DNA of 32,000 nucleotides from Microcystis aeruginosa NIES-2549 (GTDB taxonomy: Bacteria > Cyanobacteriota > Cyanobacteriia > Cyanobacteriales > Microcystaceae), in assembly GCF_000981785.2 (NCBI RefSeq), contig NZ_CP011304.1:3330001-3362000 (forward strand), read 5' to 3'. The notes beneath the pieces were generated by a model, which made no database searches, had not been told where the DNA came from, and saw nothing but the letters and a program-made list of their open reading frames with translations. The number at the start of each line of letters is the position of its first letter. The first letter of the stretch is position 1. Shown piece after piece: positions 26,601-32,000 of this stretch. The position numbers were made by a program, and so were the translations under genes.

Positions 26601-27039
26601 GGAGCAGCCCATTTATGCCAAAATATAAAAGCGATCGCTAAAATTGATTAAATTTATGCAATATGGAGACAAGTAATTTAGCTTCACTCTCGCCTCTAAG
26701 AAGAAATTAAGCTAGGGATTTAGTCAATTTGGTCAAGAATAATCGGTTAGAGGTGAGAAATCAGACCCCTAATTTCTTCCCTGCCTAAAATTTCTCAATT
26801 TTTCGGAATAAATTTGAGTACCAAAATCAGGGTAAATAACCCAAATATAAACTTAATAAAGTTTTAATAGACATTTAAGCCCTAATAGATCAATCTTACC
26901 TTTTTTAAAGCCGATATGCTGCCTCGATAATCCTTTTAAGACTTGAAAACTGGCTATTCTGTCAGGGGTTGGCCGTGAGAGAGGTCAATTTTCAAGGATA
27001 ATTTGTAACAGAGTGTTGAAAATTCCTTTAATCTTAGTT

Positions 27040-27387
27040 ATGAGCGATCGCCCACCAGAACTAACCCTAGCCGACCAGGCCCCTGCCAACTACGAATGTC
27101 GCTCCTGCGGCTACGTTTACGACCCCAGCAAGGGAGATAGTAAAACCAACACTCCCGCTGGAACCCCCTTCGAGGAATTACCAGAAACGTGGCGCTGTCC
27201 CGTGTGTGGTGTGCGTCGTTCCCAATTTATCAACATCGGAGCTAAAGATGCTCCTTCGGGATTCCAAGAAAATCTTAGCTATGGTTTTGGAGTCAACCGT
27301 CTCACTCCCGCACAAAAAAATATTTTGATTTTTGGGGCTTTAGCGCTAGGATTTGTTTTCTTTATTAGTTTATATGGTTTAAACTAA
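27040..27387 (+). CDS. rubA: Membrane-anchored rubredoxin (PSII-associated RubA)
   Basis: [26 protein letters not shown] carries two CxxC pairs, and a C-terminal hydrophobic anchor is present ([20 protein letters not shown]). It lies immediately upstream of ycf48-psbEFLJ, the conserved cyanobacterial arrangement. Confidence 0.9.
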   Translation: MSDRPPELTLADQAPANYECRSCGYVYDPSKGDSKTNTPAGTPFEELPETWRCPVCGVRRSQFINIGAKDAPSGFQENLSYGFGVNRLTPAQKNILIFGALALGFVFFISLYGLN

Positions 27388-27493
27388 CTCAAGCACTCAT
27401 TATCTTTAATCCAACGGCTCTTATGAGCCTGTTACCCATCGGCCACAAACCTTAATCTGTCCCGATTCCTTGACCAATACCTCTGAACCATTG

Positions 27494-28486
27494 ATGAGAA
27501 AACTGAAACAATTCGTAATAGTTCTAGCTGTAGCCTTTTTCTGCTTTAGCTGTAGTAATGTGCCATCCCTGAGCAGTAGTCCTTGGCAAATCCTCACCCT
27601 CGACACTGACTCTACTTTTGCCGATATCGCCTTTACCGACGACCCGCAGCACGGTTGGTTAGTGGGGACCAAATCTACCCTCTTTGAAACCACCGATGGA
27701 GGGGACAGTTGGCAGCAAAAAGTCCTCAACCTTGGCGACGAAAAAGTTAGCTTTAGCGCCGTCAGTTTCCACGACCAAGAGGGTTGGATTGTCGGTAAAC
27801 CCTCGATTCTTCTCCATAGCGAAGACGGGGGCAGCAGCTGGTCCCGTATACCCTTAAGTGAAAAATTACCCGGTTCCCCCTACGGAATTATCGCCCTCAA
27901 CGACAAAACCGCCGAAATGGTCACGGATTTAGGCGCTATCTACCGCACCAAAGACGGAGGCAAAACTTGGCAAGCTTTAGTGGAAGGTGCTGTGGGTGTG
28001 GCCCGGACAATTGTTCGTTCCCATGATGGTAAATATGTGGCCGTTTCCGCACGCGGTAACTTTTATTCCACCTGGGAACCGGGGTCAACAGAATGGCAAC
28101 CCCACAATCGTCTTTCCTCCCGCCGTTTACAAAAAGTCGGTTATGGTGAAAAAGGGGAACTGTGGGCCCTGGCCCGGGGTGGTCAACTACAATTTACTAG
28201 CCCTAATGATCTCGATACATGGGAAGATAAGGTATTCCCCGAGTTTTCCACCAGTTGGGGACTTTTGGACCTCAACTACCGCACCCCCGAAGAAATTTGG
28301 GTCGCTGGTGGTAGCGGCAATCTCTTGGTCAGTGATGACGGCGGCCAGTCTTGGCAAAAAGATCGCGCGGTGGAAAGTGTCCCCTCCAATCTCTATCGAA
28401 TTGTTTTTATCAATTCCGACAAGGGTTTTGTCTTGGGACAAGATGGGGTCTTACTGAAATATAATCCCCCCAGCGAACCGGCCTAA
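27494..28486 (+). CDS. ycf48: Photosystem II assembly factor Ycf48 (HCF136 homologue)
   Basis: The ATG at 27494 (MRKLKQFVIVLAVAFFCFSC) gives a lipoprotein-like signal. It is followed by beta-propeller repeats with recurring DGG.SW motifs (TTDGGDSWQ, SEDGGSSWS, TKDGGKTWQ, SDDGGQSWQ). It sits between rubA and psbE. Confidence 0.9.
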   Translation: MRKLKQFVIVLAVAFFCFSCSNVPSLSSSPWQILTLDTDSTFADIAFTDDPQHGWLVGTKSTLFETTDGGDSWQQKVLNLGDEKVSFSAVSFHDQEGWIVGKPSILLHSEDGGSSWSRIPLSEKLPGSPYGIIALNDKTAEMVTDLGAIYRTKDGGKTWQALVEGAVGVARTIVRSHDGKYVAVSARGNFYSTWEPGSTEWQPHNRLSSRRLQKVGYGEKGELWALARGGQLQFTSPNDLDTWEDKVFPEFSTSWGLLDLNYRTPEEIWVAGGSGNLLVSDDGGQSWQKDRAVESVPSNLYRIVFINSDKGFVLGQDGVLLKYNPPSEPA

Positions 28487-28564
28487 AACTTGTCTCAGGG
28501 TCAAGAAAGTCTCTATTATAGAGATTGAATTTTTCAAGTCCTATCATTCCGAGGAGAACCGTCC

Positions 28565-28810
28565 ATGTCAGGTAGTACCGGCGAACGTCCTTTTGGCGAT
28601 ATCGTTACCAGTATTCGTTACTGGATTATCCATAGCATCACCATCCCCATGCTGTTTATCGCAGGTTGGTTATTCGTGAGTACCGGTTTGGCTTACGATG
28701 TTTTTGGCACTCCCCGTCCCGATGAGTATTACACTCAAGAGCGTCAAGAATTACCGATCATTAATGATCGCTTTGAGGCCAAAAATCAAATCGAGCAGTT
28801 TAATCAGTAG
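28565..28810 (+). CDS. psbE: Cytochrome b559 alpha subunit
   Basis: The 81-aa product [55 protein letters not shown].. is unmistakably PsbE. Confidence 0.97.
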   Translation: MSGSTGERPFGDIVTSIRYWIIHSITIPMLFIAGWLFVSTGLAYDVFGTPRPDEYYTQERQELPIINDRFEAKNQIEQFNQ

Positions 28811-28835
28811 TTTACTTTAATTAAGGATAAAAACA

Positions 28836-28970
28836 ATGGCTAGTGGTAATCCCAATCAACCCATTTCTTACCCCATTTTCACCGTTCGCTGGTTGGCAGT
28901 TCATACCTTAGCTGTCCCCACTGTCTTCTTTATCGGTGCAATTGCGGCAATGCAGTTTATTCAACGCTAG
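28836..28970 (+). CDS. psbF: Cytochrome b559 beta subunit
   Basis: Too short for the ORF track. It translates to [44 protein letters not shown]. Confidence 0.95.
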
Positions 28971-28980
28971 GAGAACAATT

Positions 28981-29100
28981 ATGGAAAGAACACCTAATCC
29001 GAATCGGCAAGCCGTCGAGTTAAATCGTACTTCTCTTTATCTAGGTTTACTCCTAGTTGCTGTCTTGGGAATTTTATTTTCCAGCTATTTCTTTAACTAA
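28981..29100 (+). CDS. psbL: Photosystem II protein L
   Basis: It translates to [39 protein letters not shown]. Confidence 0.95.
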   Translation: MERTPNPNRQAVELNRTSLYLGLLLVAVLGILFSSYFFN

Positions 29101-29142
29101 TTAGTCCCGATTTATTGTCATCGCAATTAGGAGGTGTTATTC

Positions 29143-29262
29143 ATGTTCGCAGAAGGTCGTATTCCTTTGTGGTTAGTCGCCACCATCGCCGGTCTAGGCG
29201 TTATCGCTGTGCTTGGTCTTTTCTTCTACGGAGCTTATGCCGGTTTAGGTTCCTCTATGTAA
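29143..29262 (+). CDS. psbJ: Photosystem II protein J
   Basis: It translates to [39 protein letters not shown], with a GGAGG Shine-Dalgarno upstream. Confidence 0.95.
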   Translation: MFAEGRIPLWLVATIAGLGVIAVLGLFFYGAYAGLGSSM

Positions 29263-29293
29263 TTCCATTCCGGGTAATTTTCCCCAGCAAAAA

Positions 29294-29326
29294 GCCGTTA
29301 GTTATTTCTATAACTAGCGGTTTTTT
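29294..29326 (+). terminator. Intrinsic terminator of the psbEFLJ operon
   Basis: GCCGTTAGTTAT-ttct-ATAACTAGCGG forms an 11-bp stem with one G-U pair and is followed by TTTTTT. Confidence 0.7.
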
Positions 29327-29469
29327 CACTATTCGGTTAAAGGTAAAGCTCGATCGAACTTTATACTAATACTAAATCCCTTGAGTAACGCACAGAAAAA
29401 GGGGAGAATAAATAATCAGTTTTTAATAACCGGATTTAGGATAAATCCGTTTTTAATAGTGTGATTAAC

Positions 29470-29500
29470 AAAAAAAAGGAGTCAAAGACTTGACTCCTTT
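29470..29500 (-). terminator. Intrinsic terminator downstream of psbB
   Basis: On the minus strand AAGGAGTCAA-gtct-TTGACTCCTT is followed by a run of 7-8 U (plus-strand A-run 29470-29477). It lies ~25 nt after the psbB stop. Confidence 0.7.
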
Positions 29501-29525
29501 AGTTATAGGGATGATTTAGCTAAAA

Positions 29526-31052
29526 CTAAACTTCTTGTTTACGAGTGCTAAGATCACCCAATTTTTGGAATAAACCGAATTCCACTTGTTCTTCCAGATC
29601 TGGATCGACCCCGGCGAATACGTCGCGGTAGATGGTACGAGAACCGTGCCAGATGTGACCGAAGAAGAATAGTAAAGCAAAGACAGCATGACCGAAAGTA
29701 AACCAACCTCTTGGAGAAGTGCGGAATACCCCGTCAGACTTCAGGGTTTCGGTGTCAAACTCGAAAGCTTCACCGAGTTGCGCTCTACGCGCAAATTTCT
29801 TCACATCAGCAGGATCGCTGAACACCTGACCATCGAGAGAGCCACCGTAGAAAGAAACGGTAACACCACTTTGTTCGATACTCAGTTTCGATTCCGCACG
29901 ACGGAAAGGAATATCAGCGCGAACGATACCTTCCGAGTCAGTCAGGACAACGGGGAAGGTTTCAAAGAAGTTAGGCATCCGACGCACGCTAAGGACGCGA
30001 CCTTCGCCATCTTTGAAAACAGGGTGTCCTAACCAAGATTTAGCGATACCGTCACCGCTATCCATGGCACCAGTACGGAATAAACCACCTTTAGCGGGGC
30101 TATTACCGACATAATCATAGAAAGCCAGTTTTTCGGGGATTGCTTGGTAAGCTTCGGCGATGGTGGCCCCATTGGCGATGCTGGCCTCCACACGACGCTC
30201 AATTTCTTCTTGGAAATAGCCCTTATCCCATTGGTAACGGGTCGGGCCAAAGAGTTCTATCGGCGTGGTAGCATTACCGTACCACATGGTTCCAGCCACA
30301 ACGAAAGCGGCAAAGAAAACGGCGGCGATACTGCTAGAAAGCACCGTTTCGATATTACCCATTCTCAGGGCTTTATAGAGTCTTTCGGGGGGACGAACGG
30401 TTAAATGGAATAAACCGGCGATAATCCCAACGATACCCGCAGCAATGTGGTGAGCTACCACACCCCCGGGGTTAAAGGGGTTAAAACCAGCCGGTCCCCA
30501 TTCCGGAGCTACGGGCTGCACATGACCGGTTAAACCGTAGGCATCGGAAACCCACATCCCAGGACCCCAAAGGCCTGTTTGATGGAAAGCACCGAAACCA
30601 AAGCAAAGTAAACCGGATAAGAACAGGTGAATACCGAACATTTTCGGCAAATCGAGGGCAGATTCGCCCGTGCGGGGATCGACGAATAATTCTAAATCCC
30701 AGAAAACCCAGTGCCAAACGGCCGCTAGGAATAGCAGACCGGATAAGACGATATGAGCGGCGGCAACGCCTTCAAAAGACCAGAAACCGGGGTCAACACC
30801 AGTTTCGCCGGTGACGCTCCAGCCACCCCATGAACCGGTGACACCTAAACGGGCCATGAAGGGCAGCACGAACATTCCTTGCCGCCACATCGGGTTTAAT
30901 ACGGGGTCACTGGGGTCGAAAATAGCAAGCTCATAGAGGGCCATGGAGCCAGCCCAACCCGCTACCAGTGCGGTGTGCATCAGGTGAACGGAAATTAAAC
31001 GGCCCGGGTCGTTGAGAACGACTGTGTGTACTCGATACCAAGGTAGTCCCAT
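29526..31052 (-). CDS. psbB: Photosystem II CP47 chlorophyll apoprotein
   Basis: The 508-aa product [61 protein letters not shown].. is canonical CP47. A GGAGGAG Shine-Dalgarno lies upstream. Confidence 0.98.
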   Translation of the reverse strand: MGLPWYRVHTVVLNDPGRLISVHLMHTALVAGWAGSMALYELAIFDPSDPVLNPMWRQGMFVLPFMARLGVTGSWGGWSVTGETGVDPGFWSFEGVAAAHIVLSGLLFLAAVWHWVFWDLELFVDPRTGESALDLPKMFGIHLFLSGLLCFGFGAFHQTGLWGPGMWVSDAYGLTGHVQPVAPEWGPAGFNPFNPGGVVAHHIAAGIVGIIAGLFHLTVRPPERLYKALRMGNIETVLSSSIAAVFFAAFVVAGTMWYGNATTPIELFGPTRYQWDKGYFQEEIERRVEASIANGATIAEAYQAIPEKLAFYDYVGNSPAKGGLFRTGAMDSGDGIAKSWLGHPVFKDGEGRVLSVRRMPNFFETFPVVLTDSEGIVRADIPFRRAESKLSIEQSGVTVSFYGGSLDGQVFSDPADVKKFARRAQLGEAFEFDTETLKSDGVFRTSPRGWFTFGHAVFALLFFFGHIWHGSRTIYRDVFAGVDPDLEEQVEFGLFQKLGDLSTRKQEV

Positions 31053-31266
31053 TGACTACGCTCCTCCTATTAACAATTTAGTGTCCACTTAGACGCTTTT
31101 TATATTCAGGGTCAAAATATAAGCCCAACAATCTCGACTGTTAAGTGCAAGAGTTAGCCAACCTACATTATCCCTTGAAAAGTGTATCTATTCTAAAGAA
31201 GTGTAACTATTGTTAGAACAGATTTCAAGTGCTTGCGATCGATCTTCCGCCAGAATATTCCAGATA

Positions 31267-31382
31267 GGGGTGTAGGGTGTGGGGTGTGGGGTGTGGGGTG
31301 TAGGGTGTGGGGTGTGGGGTGTGGGGTGTGGGGTGTGGGGTGTGGGGTGTGGGGTGTGGGGTGTGGGGTGTGGGGTGTGGGG
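31267..31382 (+). repeat. Octanucleotide microsatellite (GGGGTGTG)n, ~14.5 units with two GGGTGTAG variants
   Basis: Read directly from the sequence. It is G-rich on the plus strand, and the phantom ORFs over it translate as PHTPHPT / GVWGVGC. Confidence 0.95.
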
Positions 31383-31407
31383 AGAATAAATAAAAATAAT
31401 CTCCCGT

Positions 31408-31499
31408 CTCCTGAATCCTAACTCCTGAATCCTAACTCCTAACTCCTGAATCCTGATAACTGATAACTGATAACTGATAACTGATAACTGATAACTGAT
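31408..31499 (+). repeat. Adjacent microsatellites: (CTCCTGAATCCTAA)2 plus partial units, then (CTGATAA)6
   Basis: The CTCCTGAATCCTAA-derived units lie at 31408-31452. The six CTGATAA units lie at 31453-31494 and abut the stop codon of the ORF at 31499-31822. Confidence 0.95.
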
Positions 31500-31822
31500 C
31501 ACTTCCTCAGTAGTTCTTCGGCATTTTGCAGGATTTCGAGGACTTGTTCGGCACTAATCAAGCGTTTTAGCACCACTTGCCCGATGGTGGGGACAGTATC
31601 GGCAATTTCGGCACTCTTGGGGGCAACTTCCACCATAATCACGGCTTCTTCCACCTTATAAAGCCATAAAACCTGTTCTCCCTCTAAAATACCGATATTT
31701 AATCGCTCTATCTGCGGTGGTCGTCGCCAACTACTCGCATGGTCCCACAAACCGCCAAATTCCCACACCCGTCCTATTGTCCAACCTGCCGTTAAGAAAA
31801 AATATTTCACTTTGTTACTCAA
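31499..31822 (-). CDS. Small conserved-looking hypothetical protein
   Basis: 107-aa ORF with a TTG start in the track (a GTG at 31810 is also possible) and non-repetitive, globular-looking sequence (..YFFLTAGWTIGRVWEFGGLW..). I do not recognise the family with confidence. Confidence 0.5.
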   Translation of the reverse strand: MSNKVKYFFLTAGWTIGRVWEFGGLWDHASSWRRPPQIERLNIGILEGEQVLWLYKVEEAVIMVEVAPKSAEIADTVPTIGQVVLKRLISAEQVLEILQNAEELLRK

Positions 31823-31888
31823 TCTAGAATCAATCTCTAGCTTTCTGGCTTAATTAGTTTTCAGCCGTCAAATTTTATCAAAAAACTG

Positions 31889-32000
31889 CTAACGTCCCGT
31901 TAATTTCACCACCCCAATGCCCCCAAAGTATAGACCCAAGACCGCCCCTGCTAACAGGGATTGGGTGAGAGGATCTGTAGAAGGGGTTAAAATCGCGCCT
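31889..32000 (-). CDS. tatC: C-terminal end of Sec-independent translocase TatC (gene enters from the right edge)
   Basis: Reverse-strand translation reads ..[36 protein letters not shown] with a TAG at 31891-31889. The (I/L)LTP..D...Q.LLA.....LY pattern is the conserved last TM region of TatC. Confidence 0.6.
   Translation of the reverse strand, partial: GAILTPSTDPLTQSLLAGAVLGLYFGGIGVVKLTGR

Noticed and set aside
26546-26611. 21-codon minus-strand ORF MGCSLAVPCSRKRKLRTSPLR upstream of the heterocyclase, considered as a precursor peptide
   Set aside because: Most of it is the dispersed repeat also found at 1995-2060. The Cys/Ser residues are N-terminal rather than in a C-terminal core, and it has no leader-like region and no Shine-Dalgarno.
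27421-28457. ORFs 27421-27729 (-), 27987-28457 (+) and 28187-28441 (-)
   Set aside because: They are alternative-frame or antisense ORFs inside ycf48.
29115-29369. 84-aa plus-strand ORF overlapping psbJ
   Set aside because: It is out of frame with the unmistakable psbJ and runs through the operon terminator.
29340-29525. Expected psbT downstream of psbB
   Set aside because: Translation of the region on the psbB strand shows no PsbT-like small hydrophobic ORF, and a terminator follows psbB directly.
29688-30717. ORFs 29688-30032 (+), 30029-30250 (-), 30144-30404 (+) and 30481-30717 (-)
   Set aside because: All are nested in or antisense to psbB.
31188-31502. ORFs 31188-31502 (-) and 31233-31421 (+) translating as PHTPHPT.. 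/ GVWGVGC.. repeats
   Set aside because: They are produced solely by the octanucleotide and heptanucleotide microsatellites, so they are not credible proteins.

Overview
This is a cyanobacterial chromosomal window. It has many HIP1 GCGATCGC octamers and photosystem II genes, and its microsatellites and dispersed repeats look Microcystis-like, which I cannot confirm without a search.

Left part (1-9.2 kb): a type IV pilus taxis locus of the hmp / tax3 (pilG-H-I-J) type. It contains divergent hmpF, open to the window edge and therefore absent from the ORF track. It also has a badly degraded pilG/hmpA remnant, pilH, a solo-TnpB IS200/IS605-type element inserted between pilH and pilI, then pilI (CheW) and pilJ (MCP). 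A GT2-TPR glycosyltransferase follows.

Middle part (about 9.2-26.9 kb): visibly more AT-rich and accessory-looking. It holds:
- An HTH + AAA-like (AAA_35-type) NTPase, convergent and only 21 nt from a 1925-aa Ser/Thr kinase-AAA_16-helical repeat-GAF protein. That protein ends in a second AAA_35-type NTPase module instead of the usual histidine kinase.
- A same-strand upstream block with an Amidohydro_2 enzyme and a gene split exactly at an A_AAA_AAG slippery heptamer.
- An orphan 192-aa ORF and a DUF1350 protein.
- A toxin-antitoxin cluster: DUF1778/GNAT, MNT plus a short partner, a DUF4160 fragment, and Gp49-RelE/XRE. The first two modules are bracketed by two copies of a hairpin-bearing repeat.
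- An orphan PatD/TruD-like fused E1-like/YcaO heterocyclase with no precursor, protease or oxidase nearby.

Right part (27-32 kb): conserved core rubA-ycf48-psbE-psbF-psbL-psbJ, psbB on the opposite strand, a microsatellite block, a small conserved ORF and the 3' end of tatC.

The best candidates for something undescribed are the kinase/double-NTPase pair, the split gene beside the amidohydrolase, and the orphan heterocyclase.
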